Assembly (NCBI GenBank): GCA_963802335.1
Contig: CAWDIE010000009.1
Span: forward strand, 24,961 to 88,960
Reading direction: 5' to 3'
Length of the DNA stretch: 64,000 nucleotides
DNA from: an uncultured Planctomycetota bacterium
GTDB taxonomy: Bacteria > Planctomycetota > PLA2 > JAEUHO01
In this document: one piece after another, positions 38,102 to 46,638 of the stretch
Layout: each line of letters opens with the position of its first letter
Numbering within the stretch: the stretch's first letter is position 1
The notes under the pieces: generated by a model
The model's input: only the letters and a program-made list of their open reading frames with translations
Told to the model about the DNA's origin: nothing
The model's database searches: none
Made by a program: the position numbers and the translations under genes

Positions 38102-38156
38102 GGCGGACGGGTGACGGGCACCGACCGTACGCAGCGCCGGATATCCGGCGCTGCGT
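38102..38156. repeat. REP-like unit F (38102-38130, direct orientation) abutting a 28-bp perfect palindrome (38129-38156).
   Basis: GGCGGACGGGTGACGGGCACCGACCGTAC, then ACGCAGCGCCGGATATCCGGCGCTGCGT. Confidence 0.85.
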
Positions 38157-38242
38157 CACGTGTCCGGCCGACCGCCGCCGCGGCGGTAGCCGGCTGGGCC
38201 CGCGTTCGTCGAGGCGGCGGAGCTTTGTGGCACACTCGGGGC

Positions 38243-39047
38243 GTGAAACCCAAGCCGGCTCATCTGGGGAAGACCTACGCCGAGCAGTTCACGGACCCGT
38301 CCGTGGTCGAGGCCTACCGTCGTCGGCCGGCCTATCCCGACGAGACGTTTCTCTTCCTGCGGAGTCTCGTGCCCGATGGTCGGGGGTGCGTGCTCGACGT
38401 GGGTTGCGGTCGGGGCAACCTCACTCTGCCCATGGCGTCATGGGCCAAGCGGATCGACGCGCTCGATCCATCCGCCGGCATGCTCACCGAAGCGCGGCGC
38501 GCGGCGGGTGGAAAGGCCTCGAACATCCGCTGGATCCACGGCACCCTCGAAGATGCTCCTCTCGAAGGCGACTACGACCTGGCCACGGCGGGTGAGAGTC
38601 TGCACTGGACGGAGTGGGCGGTGACGCTGCCTCGCCTTGCCAGGCTACTCCGTCCTGGAGCGCGACTGGCCCTCGTCCAGCGGAGCTTCAGTTCGCCTCC
38701 CTGGGACGAGGAGCTGCTGGCGTTGATCCCGCGCTACTCCACCAGCCAGGCGTACCAGCCCTACGAGCTCGTCGACGAGCTGGCCGGACGTGGGCTCTTC
38801 GAGCTCGAGCAGTGCCACGACGTTCCCGGACGCGCCTTCTCACAGACCGTGGACGACTACGTCGAGTCGTTTCACTCGGCGAATGGCTTCTCACGAGATC
38901 GCATGTCGAAGCGCAGCGGCTCGCGCGTTCGATGGCGAGATCCGGCGCTTGGTCCAGAAGAGTGGAACGGGGGAGAACGTAACGCTGCAGGTCGGCGCGC
39001 GTATCCAGGTGGGGTGGCCGCGGAGAGCGATCTCCTCGAGGGACTAG
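38243..39047 (+). pseudogene. Class I SAM-dependent methyltransferase, with a frame break near 38895-38925.
   Basis: VLDVGCGRGNLT (motif I). After ...HSANGFSRDRMS the family-like C-terminus AARAFDGEIRRLVQKSGTGENVTLQVGARIQVGWP is in the next frame and stops at 39047, just before REP unit G. The uninterrupted frame would run into that REP. Confidence 0.7.
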
Positions 39048-39121
39048 CACGGCCGAACCGAGAACGAGCCCAGCCGGGCCCTGCTCCGGGGCTCGGGGAC
39101 TCACCGGCCGCGGACCGTGAG

Positions 39122-39164
39122 GTGGCGGAAAGGTGACTGGCACCGTATTGGTGTTGCACCGTAC
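39122..39164. repeat. REP-like unit G plus a fragment.
   Basis: GTGGCGGAAAGGTGACTGGCACCGTAT, with GTTGCACCGTAC following. Confidence 0.85.
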
Positions 39165-39345
39165 TAAGGCCCCGAGCGAGGGGGGAATCTCCGTCCGGTC
39201 GCCTGGGCCAGGCCCGCTGAACCCAGTGGGAAATGAGTCGTGCGGGCCCGGTGGACCTGTACCGGGTGCGGCCGTCCCTGCGCAGGGATGCGGGGGCGAG
39301 GTCCGCCGGCGGACGCGGGCTCGTCTTGCCCAGGAGGTGCCCGCC

Positions 39346-42192
39346 ATGAAGCCGTCCATCCTGTCCATTGCGAGCGTCTTGCTCGCCGTAGCGGCCCTCG
39401 GGCTTCCCCTCGCCGGATGCGGTGGGGGTGGAGAGTCGACGGGGGGCGCGCGCTCCATCACGGCCGACGTGCCGCAGGCCCCGGCCGTCCCGCCGGCGCC
39501 GGACACACCCCAGCCGGGGCCCGCACCGCAACCTGGTGACGACCCGGCCGAGGATCCGGCGGATCCCGGTGACGTGCAGGACGATCCCGCGCTGCCGCCG
39601 GACGGTAGCGACGTGACCCCGCTCGATGCGCCGGCTGAGTTGCTCCGGTGGTCCGGCCTGGAAGACGTCCGGGCCCTGGCGCTGGATGCCGAGGAACGCC
39701 TCCTCTACGCGGCGTCGTCGGAATCCGGCCAGCTGTGGCGGATCGCCATCGACCAGGTCGACGTCGAACAAGGGGGTCTGCTTGCCGTCGAAGGGAGCGT
39801 CCGCGCGCTTGCGTTCGACCCCGGCCGCAAGCTCGTCTTCGCCGTCCTCGATCCGGCACCCGGCCAGATCGACCGTCTGCTCCGGATCCAGCCCGCCGCC
39901 TTCGTCGCCGGCGCGGGCGCACCGGAGGCCGACGACCTCGGTCCGATCGGGGACTACGCGTCTATCGAGGCGCTCGCCTTCGACGCCGAGCAAGAGGTCC
40001 TCTACGCCGTCGACGGGGACACGGACGCCCTAATCTCGATCCACCCCGAGTCCGCTGCAACGCAACTCGTAGCCAAGCTCGAAGGACTCGGAGAAGTCGT
40101 GGGTCTGGCCCCGGACCGCGACGCACGCAACCTGCTCGCCACGGACGGCGAGGACAATGTCCTGGCCACGATTGATGTGAGCAGCGGCGCTGTGACCGTG
40201 CTCGCCGCGCTGGACGAGGAGCGTGTGGAAGGCCTGGCGGCCGACCCGGAGAGCGACGTGCTCTACGGCGCCACCGTTTCCCCCGCGGACGTGTTCGCCT
40301 TCGACCCCGTTGGTCGACGCTGGGCGTTCGCCGAGATTCGCGGCATGGCCTTCGATCCCGCGGACCAACGCTACTTCGGCGTCCACACCGCAAGCGGTGT
40401 CATCCTGAAGATCGACGCCGACACCAAGCAGCGGGAGATGATCGGGTTCGTGCCCGTGCCGGGCCTGGAAGGGCTCGCCTACGATGAAGGCCAGCGGCTC
40501 CTCTACGCTGTCTCACGGGCCACCCAGCATCTCTACACCTTGCCCGTCGACGGGCTCACGATCCAGGCCGACCAGCTGCTCCACGGCGCGGCCGCGCCGT
40601 ACCTGGGGCTTGCGGCCTTGACGTTCCACCGGGGGGCGCTCTACGCGGCTGACGTCGACGCCGGCAATCTCCTCCGGATCGAGCCGGACACCGGCAACGC
40701 CGTCGTCGTGGCGCCCACCGTCGGGTTCCCGCAGATCGAAGGTCTGGCGTCCGACTCGGTCGCCAACGTCCTCCACGCCTTCGACAACGCTCAGCGTGCC
40801 TACCTGCTCCTGGACCTGCGGGCGCCCAATGCGCCCGTGATCATCCATCGCGACCAGATCGGCGCCGTCGGGGGCCTGGCCTGGAACGCCCAGGCGCGCG
40901 AGCTCGTGGGCACCGACACCATCGAGAATGACCTCGTTCTCGTGCGCGCGGCTCCCGAGCCGTCGCCGGTGGGCTACCAGAGCCTCTCCGCACTGGGCTA
41001 CCGCACGGACACCCAGCAGATGCTTGCATTCGATCGCGACACCCGGACCCTCTTGGAGATCGACCCCGGACTCAAGATCGGGATCCCGGTTGCGACACTC
41101 GACGACGTGGCGGTCGAGGGCATGACCTTCCTGCCCGACAAGGGACGCCTCATCGCGGTGGATGCCGACGCGGGCAGTCTCTACCTGGTCGATGCCGAAG
41201 GCAGTCTCCTGCCGATCGGGCCGGCCGGCTTCCTCGCGCCCCGTCGCGTGAAGGCGCTCGCGCATGACGGCGAGCGAGGTGTGCTCTTCGGCGTGGACGT
41301 CGACGCCAACGTCCTGCTGGCGATCGATCCCGACCCGGGGAACGTCGACGTCATCGACCCCAGCGACGTCGGACTTGGTTACGCCACCGTGGAGGCCCTG
41401 GCCTTCGACGCCCAGACCGGCACACTGCTCGGCTTGGACCGTGCGACCCGGACGCTCCTCAGGATCGACCGCGACATCGGAACCGCCGAGCCGCTGGGCT
41501 TGGTCGATGCGATCGACGTAGCCGGCATGGAGAACCTGCCTGGCTCCGCCATCCTGTGGCTTGCGAGCGGCGGTGACCTCGTCTCCGTCGACAAGCACAG
41601 CGGCGATCCGCTCGAACCGGGGCCGACGTTGGCCCTCGAAGACACCGCCGGTGATGGCCTCGGTGACGTCAAGCTCTTCTGGCCGCAAGGGGACGTGCGT
41701 CGCGACGCGCTCGCTACCTGCGCCGTGGAAGTCGGCGCCAGCTACGAGGGTGCACTTGACCTCGAGCTCCGCTGTGGCGACCGCGTGCTGCACAGGTCCC
41801 AGCTGACGCCGGAGGGGGCGCTCGCTCGCTTCCAGATCCCCGAGGGGGTTCGTGCCGCCTTGGAGTCGGGTGCCGCGATCACCTGGCGGGTCGGCAACGT
41901 GAGCGCGGCCTTCCGCGTCGTGGACGAGACCAGTGGGCGAGCCGACATACAGGCCATCCTCGCTCACCCGACCGTCACCAGCCGATCCGACTGGCAGCGG
42001 CGCCTCGTCGAGGCGTACGCCTTGGACCGTGCGGGCCTCCACAGCGAGGCGCTCGTGGTGGGAATCGGTACCTACGAGACCTATCCCGATCACCCGACGT
42101 CGGCACGCGCGCTGCTCAAGACCCTCGAGCACCTGGGACTCGTGCAGACGCGGCTCGGGCGGGAGATCTTCCTGAAGGCGCTACGGCCTTAG
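39346..42192 (+). CDS. Lipoprotein with about 15 beta-propeller-type repeats and a C-terminal domain of unknown function.
   Basis: AGGAGG SD and lipobox LPLAGC. A recurrent ~45-aa unit (V/I)E(A/G)LAFD.....L(Y/L)A(V/A)D.....L..ID. Confidence 0.8.
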   Translation: MKPSILSIASVLLAVAALGLPLAGCGGGGESTGGARSITADVPQAPAVPPAPDTPQPGPAPQPGDDPAEDPADPGDVQDDPALPPDGSDVTPLDAPAELLRWSGLEDVRALALDAEERLLYAASSESGQLWRIAIDQVDVEQGGLLAVEGSVRALAFDPGRKLVFAVLDPAPGQIDRLLRIQPAAFVAGAGAPEADDLGPIGDYASIEALAFDAEQEVLYAVDGDTDALISIHPESAATQLVAKLEGLGEVVGLAPDRDARNLLATDGEDNVLATIDVSSGAVTVLAALDEERVEGLAADPESDVLYGATVSPADVFAFDPVGRRWAFAEIRGMAFDPADQRYFGVHTASGVILKIDADTKQREMIGFVPVPGLEGLAYDEGQRLLYAVSRATQHLYTLPVDGLTIQADQLLHGAAAPYLGLAALTFHRGALYAADVDAGNLLRIEPDTGNAVVVAPTVGFPQIEGLASDSVANVLHAFDNAQRAYLLLDLRAPNAPVIIHRDQIGAVGGLAWNAQARELVGTDTIENDLVLVRAAPEPSPVGYQSLSALGYRTDTQQMLAFDRDTRTLLEIDPGLKIGIPVATLDDVAVEGMTFLPDKGRLIAVDADAGSLYLVDAEGSLLPIGPAGFLAPRRVKALAHDGERGVLFGVDVDANVLLAIDPDPGNVDVIDPSDVGLGYATVEALAFDAQTGTLLGLDRATRTLLRIDRDIGTAEPLGLVDAIDVAGMENLPGSAILWLASGGDLVSVDKHSGDPLEPGPTLALEDTAGDGLGDVKLFWPQGDVRRDALATCAVEVGASYEGALDLELRCGDRVLHRSQLTPEGALARFQIPEGVRAALESGAAITWRVGNVSAAFRVVDETSGRADIQAILAHPTVTSRSDWQRRLVEAYALDRAGLHSEALVVGIGTYETYPDHPTSARALLKTLEHLGLVQTRLGREIFLKALRP

Positions 42193-42244
42193 CAGAACAC
42201 TTTCGAGACGCGGGTGGACGGACGTCTACTCGGGCCTCCTCCCA

Positions 42245-42271
42245 GGGGCGCGGCCTCGTTGGCCGCGCCCC
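42245..42271 (+). terminator. GC-rich hairpin downstream of the lipoprotein gene (terminator-like, no clear U-tract).
   Basis: GGGGCGCGGCC-TCGTT-GGCCGCGCCCC: a perfect 11-bp stem with a 5-nt loop. Confidence 0.45.
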
Positions 42272-42354
42272 GCCTCGTGTCCTGCGCGCGACCCCGGGGA
42301 GTCGGGCACCTCCCCCCCCTCGCATGCGCGTCCACGGGATGGACGTTGTCGTGC

Positions 42355-42375
42355 GAGTTGGCGGACCGGTGCCTG
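42355..42375. repeat. Left part of a REP unit interrupted by the IS element.
   Basis: GAGTTGGCGGACCGGTGCCTG. The remainder, GCACCGTAC, resumes at 43867. Confidence 0.8.
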
Positions 42376-42473
42376 ATGACCTAAACGGGCAATCCCTCCG
42401 GGCGGGGAACGATGTCCCCGATCGGGTTCAGAGTCCCAGTTGAGACGCAACTCAACACCCGAAGGGATGCCCG

Positions 42474-43571
42474 ATGAGGAAACTCGTACGACCGGTGCAG
42501 AAAGTCAACACAGCGTCGGTGGGTTTGGATGTCCACCAGAACGTCATCGTCTACGCCCGCCTGGACCGCCATGGCAACGAGGCCGGCAAGGGGGCCATTC
42601 GTTCCCGGCCGGAGGCCCTGACGAAGTTCCTGGCCAGCCTGGAGGAGCCCACCCATGTGGCGTTCGAGGCCGGCGGCTCGACGTTCTGGGTCTACGACCT
42701 ACTCGTTGACGAACTGGGTGCGGACTTCGTTCACGTGGCCCAACCCAAGAAGATCCGTGCCATCGCCAACAGCACACAGAAGAATGACAGCAACGATGCG
42801 TGGTGGCTGGCCTACCTCACCTACGAGGGCCGACTGCCCGAGTGCTTCATCCCCACGGGGAAGTTGCGCGAACTGCGGATCGCGGTTCGTGAGCGATTCG
42901 CCCTCGTGCAGCAGATCAGCAGGGTGAAGACGCGCATCAAGTCGCACCTCCGGCAGTTGGGGATCTCGCTGCCGGTCCGGAAGGTGGACTCGATCCGCGG
43001 CTGGAACTTCTTGGTGGACCTGGCCGAAGAGCGCTCGGACGTGCAGGGGATGGCGGTGATGCAGTCCCTGGTGCTACTCGAGTACCTACTGGAAGCCCGC
43101 GAGGCGTGGGAGGAGACCATCGACGACTTGGCCAAGTCCTTCCCAGAAGTCCACACGCTCCAAACCGAGATGCCGGGCATTGGCTGCCGGCTCGCCGCCG
43201 TGATCATCGCCGAGCTCGGGCCCGTGGACCGCTTCACGTCAGCCAAGGCCATGGGGCGCTTTGCTGGCCTCACGCCATCGGATCGAAGCTCCGCGGGGAA
43301 GACCCGCTATGGGGTGATCACGAGGGAGGGAAGCGAGCACCTGCGCTGGGCCCTCACCCAGGCTGCCATGGCATGCACGAGAGCACGATCCGGGCCAGGT
43401 CTTGCCGCGGGGAACTGGATCCGAGCTAAGCAGCGACGCATGGGAAGCAAGGGCAAGGCACGGGTGGCGGCCGCTCGGAAGATCACGGAGTCGATCTGGC
43501 GTCTGTTCCAATGGGGTGAGTGCTTCGACCCGGCCAAGCCCTTCGGTGGGATGCCCGCAGGCGCCCGCTAA
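42474..43571 (+). CDS. IS110-family DEDD transposase/recombinase.
   Basis: N-terminal VGLDVHQ...VAFEAGG...NDSNDAWWLA (RuvC-like DEDD). C-terminal MPGIGCRLAAVIIAELGPVDRFTSAKAMGRFAGLTPSDRSSAGK. Confidence 0.92.
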   Translation: MRKLVRPVQKVNTASVGLDVHQNVIVYARLDRHGNEAGKGAIRSRPEALTKFLASLEEPTHVAFEAGGSTFWVYDLLVDELGADFVHVAQPKKIRAIANSTQKNDSNDAWWLAYLTYEGRLPECFIPTGKLRELRIAVRERFALVQQISRVKTRIKSHLRQLGISLPVRKVDSIRGWNFLVDLAEERSDVQGMAVMQSLVLLEYLLEAREAWEETIDDLAKSFPEVHTLQTEMPGIGCRLAAVIIAELGPVDRFTSAKAMGRFAGLTPSDRSSAGKTRYGVITREGSEHLRWALTQAAMACTRARSGPGLAAGNWIRAKQRRMGSKGKARVAAARKITESIWRLFQWGECFDPAKPFGGMPAGAR

Positions 43572-43864
43572 GACAGCAGAGGTTTTGAGGAGAGATCGGA
43601 TAGGCGAGAGGGAGTCAGTTTCGGAAGGCAGCTGAGCCCGAGGTGCCAGTGGCGGCGCAAGCCGAGGGTCTTGGCCTCCAAGCCACGTGCCCCAAGCCGT
43701 GTGCCTGATTGGGAAGCTGCCCTCCGAAATCGACAGCATGGGACACGGAGCCCGAAGAGATGATTGGCTACGAGCTGCCTCCCTCCCGCCTGTCCACTAG
43801 GAGGGCCATGGCGTAGAAACTAGAAACCAGAGCTGGGGCTTGACTCGGATAGCCCGTTTAGAGA
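43572..43864 (+). ncRNA. Candidate bridge/seek RNA encoded in the 3' non-coding arm of the IS.
   Basis: A 15-bp stem (one mismatch), 43619-43633 paired with 43715-43729, encloses GGTGCCAG (43642-43649) and GTGCCTGAT (43701-43709). AGAGATGAT (43756-43764) equals the predicted circle junction. No transcription evidence is available. Confidence 0.35.
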
Positions 43865-43910
43865 TGGCACCGTACTCGAGTTGGCGGACTGGTGACTGGC
43901 ACCGTACTGC
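43864..43910. repeat. REP-like units H: the right part of the interrupted unit plus one intact direct unit (43878-43907).
   Basis: ..GCACCGTACTC followed by GAGTTGGCGGACTGGTGACTGGCACCGTAC. Confidence 0.85.
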
Positions 43911-43947
43911 TCGTGACGGTGGGGAGGGGGGCACGTACACTTCCGGC

Positions 43948-44619
43948 ATGCGCGTCCTCGTCGTGGAAGACGACCCCAAGATCGCCTCGTTCGTCGGCAA
44001 CGGCCTCAAGGAGGCCGGCTTCACCGTCGACGTCGCGGCCAACGGCGACGATGGTCTGGCCATGGCGCTCGACGCGAAGCACGACGCGGCCGTCGTGGAC
44101 ATCATGCTCCCCGGCATCGACGGGCTCGAGGTCATCGAGACCCTGCGAGCGCGCGGCGTGAACACGCCGGTCTTGATCCTCTCGGCGAAGCACTCCGTCG
44201 ACGACCGCATCCGCGGCCTCCAGGCCGGCGGCGACGACTACATGGTCAAACCCTTCTCCTTCGAAGAGGTCCTGGCGCGTGTGCAGGCGTTGATCCGTCG
44301 CTCGACGGGCACCTCGGAACCCACCACCCTGACCGTGGGCGAGGTCCAGATGGACCTTCTCGCACGCACCGTGACGCGGGAGGGCAAGAAGGTCGATCTA
44401 CGGCCGCGCGAGCTCTCGCTCCTGGAGCTCATGATGCGCAGCCCCGGGCGCATGTTGTCCAAGACCACGATTCTCGAGCGGGTCTTCGAGTACGACTTCG
44501 ATCCGCAAACCAACGTCGTCGGCGTTCTGGTGCACCGCCTCCGTGCGAAGCTGGACAAGGACTTCGAACGCAAGCTGATTCAGACTGTGCGTGGAGTGGG
44601 CTATGTCTTCGAGCCTTGA
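43948..44619 (+). CDS. OmpR-family response regulator.
   Basis: MRVLVVEDD...DAAVVDIMLPGIDG...DDYMVKPF, plus a winged-helix C-terminus ...TVRGVGYVF. Confidence 0.92.
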   Translation: MRVLVVEDDPKIASFVGNGLKEAGFTVDVAANGDDGLAMALDAKHDAAVVDIMLPGIDGLEVIETLRARGVNTPVLILSAKHSVDDRIRGLQAGGDDYMVKPFSFEEVLARVQALIRRSTGTSEPTTLTVGEVQMDLLARTVTREGKKVDLRPRELSLLELMMRSPGRMLSKTTILERVFEYDFDPQTNVVGVLVHRLRAKLDKDFERKLIQTVRGVGYVFEP

Positions 44620-45757
44620 ACGCCGCGCCTCGCTGCGGCTCGGTGTCAAGCTCAGCCTCGCGTTCATGCTCCTCTTCGGCGTCGTCGGATTGGCATTCGG
44701 TTACGGGATGTCCCGCCTCGTGTGGGAGGCCATGGAGGAGGAGTGGGACCAGGAGCTTCGGGCGTGCTTCGAGTCGAGCGAGCGCCCCGATGAGGACATG
44801 CGGCCGACCGTCCAGCGAATTCGCGCCTCGGCGGAGAAGCACTTCCAGGACAAGCTACCGCTGCTCCTCATTCCGTCTCTCGTCGTCGGGCTGGCCGGAG
44901 GTCTCGGCCTCACCTACCTCCTCACCCGCAACCAGCGAAACGTCCTGCGCGCCGTCCAGCGGATTCGGCGGACGGGGAGCTACGACGAACGCCTGCCGCT
45001 CACGAACCAACGCGGGGCCATGCGCGAGATGGTGGTTCTCTTCAACGAGATGTTCGAGCTGACCGAGAAGCAACTGAATCGATTCCGCGAGTCCCTGGAC
45101 AGCGTGGCCCACGACCTGAGGACGCCGCTCGCACGCTTGCGGGGAAGCGCGGAGAGCGTGCTCAAGAAGGGCAAGACCGTCGACGACTACCGGTCCACGA
45201 TGTCCGACTGTCTGGAAGAGAGCGAGCAGCTCGTCGGGATGCTCAACGCCCTCATGGCGATCGCGGAAGCCGAGGCCGGCGCCCTGGAGATCCAGTCGGT
45301 TCCCGTGCCCGTGTCCGAGCTCATCCAGAGCGTGGCCGACCTCTACGCCTTCGTCGGGGAGGACCGTGACGTCCGCGTGGAGGTGGATCTCGAGCCCGAC
45401 CTGGTCGTGGCCGGCCACCCCGAGCTGCTCCGCCAGGCGCTGGCCAATCTCGTCGACAACGCGGTCAAGTTCAGCCCCGATGGGGGACGCGTCGAAATCG
45501 CGGCCCGCAGGGAGGGCGACGAGGTCATCTTCCTGATCTGCGACGAAGGACCGGGGGTCCCGCCCGACGAAGCCGAGCGGATCTGGGAACGGCTCTACCG
45601 TGGGGACAAGAGTCGGCAGACCCCCGGATTGGGGCTGGGGCTCAGTTTCGTGCGCGCCATCGTGCACGCCCATAGGGGCAGCGTGGAGGCCGAGAACCGG
45701 CCGGATGGCGGTGCTGTCTTCACCGTCCACCTGCCGACCGGCGAGCGCGTTTCTTAG
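44603..45757 (+). CDS. Sensor histidine kinase (2 TM, HAMP, HisKA, HATPase).
   Basis: H-box SVAHDLRTPLARL, N-box LANLVDNAVKF, G-boxes DEGPGV and GLGLGLS. 17-nt overlap with the regulator gene. Confidence 0.9.
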   Translation: MSSSLERRASLRLGVKLSLAFMLLFGVVGLAFGYGMSRLVWEAMEEEWDQELRACFESSERPDEDMRPTVQRIRASAEKHFQDKLPLLLIPSLVVGLAGGLGLTYLLTRNQRNVLRAVQRIRRTGSYDERLPLTNQRGAMREMVVLFNEMFELTEKQLNRFRESLDSVAHDLRTPLARLRGSAESVLKKGKTVDDYRSTMSDCLEESEQLVGMLNALMAIAEAEAGALEIQSVPVPVSELIQSVADLYAFVGEDRDVRVEVDLEPDLVVAGHPELLRQALANLVDNAVKFSPDGGRVEIAARREGDEVIFLICDEGPGVPPDEAERIWERLYRGDKSRQTPGLGLGLSFVRAIVHAHRGSVEAENRPDGGAVFTVHLPTGERVS

Positions 45758-46530
45758 GTCGCAGCCTTCAGGCGCTCGAGGGGATCCTGGCGGTAGTAGT
45801 CCTTGAGCAGCGCGTAGAGCTCCTCGTGCTTCCGCGAGAGCTGGACGGGCTGCTCGAAGAACGTCTCCGTGGCGACGGCGAAGAACTCGCCTTCGTTCGT
45901 CGCGCCGTAGCGGTCGAGGACCGAGCGCTTCCCGCGCCGGGCCGCGTCCTGGAGACGCTGGTACTCCTCCGACATCACACGGCGCCACAGCTTGTAGTTC
46001 TCGCGTTGGTGAAGTGGAGGCGTGCCGTCCACGTACCCGTCCAGCATGTCCAGCTTGTGTGCGAACTCGTGATAGACGAGGTTGTGGCCGTCCTTGGGGT
46101 CGGCTGCACCCTGCCGCACACCGTCCCACGTGAGGATCACGGGACCGCGGTACCACGCCTCGCCAGCGTTGCGCTGTCCCTCGCTCACGATGCCCCCCGA
46201 CTGGTGGCGAGGCATGGGCGACTCGAACGCCGTCGGATAGACGAGGATCGTCTTCACCCGCTTGTAGTAGTCGTGTTCGATGTTCAGGATGAGAAGCGCC
46301 GCCTGGGCGGCGATGATCGCCTTCTTCTCGTCATCGAGGTCGACGCCGGCGAGGCCCTCCCAGTGCTTCTCGTCCACGATGACGCGGAGGATGTCGTCGA
46401 GTCGACGGCGCTCGTCATCGCTCAGACCCTCATAGAAGGGCAAGGCCTCGAGCGCCGGCCGCCACGCCTCGGGGAACGGCGTGGCCAGGAGCTTCGCGCG
46501 TCGTCGTCGTTTCAGCCAGCGGAAGATCAT
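45754..46530 (-). CDS. mtfA: MtfA-like zinc metallopeptidase (M90 family).
   Basis: HEFAHKLD and NEGEFFAVATETFFE motifs. 258 aa. Confidence 0.8.
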   Translation of the reverse strand: MIFRWLKRRRRAKLLATPFPEAWRPALEALPFYEGLSDDERRRLDDILRVIVDEKHWEGLAGVDLDDEKKAIIAAQAALLILNIEHDYYKRVKTILVYPTAFESPMPRHQSGGIVSEGQRNAGEAWYRGPVILTWDGVRQGAADPKDGHNLVYHEFAHKLDMLDGYVDGTPPLHQRENYKLWRRVMSEEYQRLQDAARRGKRSVLDRYGATNEGEFFAVATETFFEQPVQLSRKHEELYALLKDYYRQDPLERLKAAT

Positions 46531-46638
46531 CGTGCCTCGAAGTCCTCGTCCGGGGAGGCGCCGATCCTACCCACGGTAGGCGGGGCTGATTCCGGCGCTG
46601 CGCCTGGCAGAGCCGGCGGGCGTAGACTCGGGGCGAAG

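Larger units (their letters stand above)
42376..43864 (+). mobile_element. IS110/IS1111-family insertion sequence (~1.49 kb) inserted in a REP core. The ends are uncertain by 2-3 nt because of the shared TG/ATG.
   Basis: Joining the flanks restores GGTGCCTG|GCACCGTAC. TG is present at both junctions. Subterminal 9-bp inverted repeats TAAACGGGC (42382-42390) and GCCCGTTTA (43852-43860). Short 5' arm (~98 nt) and long 3' arm (~295 nt). Confidence 0.8.

Noticed and set aside
43948-45757. The OmpR/HisKA pair as the CusRS/CzcRS regulator of the metal efflux operon.
   Set aside because: It lies about 34 kb away with many unrelated genes in between. There is no His-rich periplasmic sensor signature and no shared operator that I could identify. 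The assignment would be guesswork.
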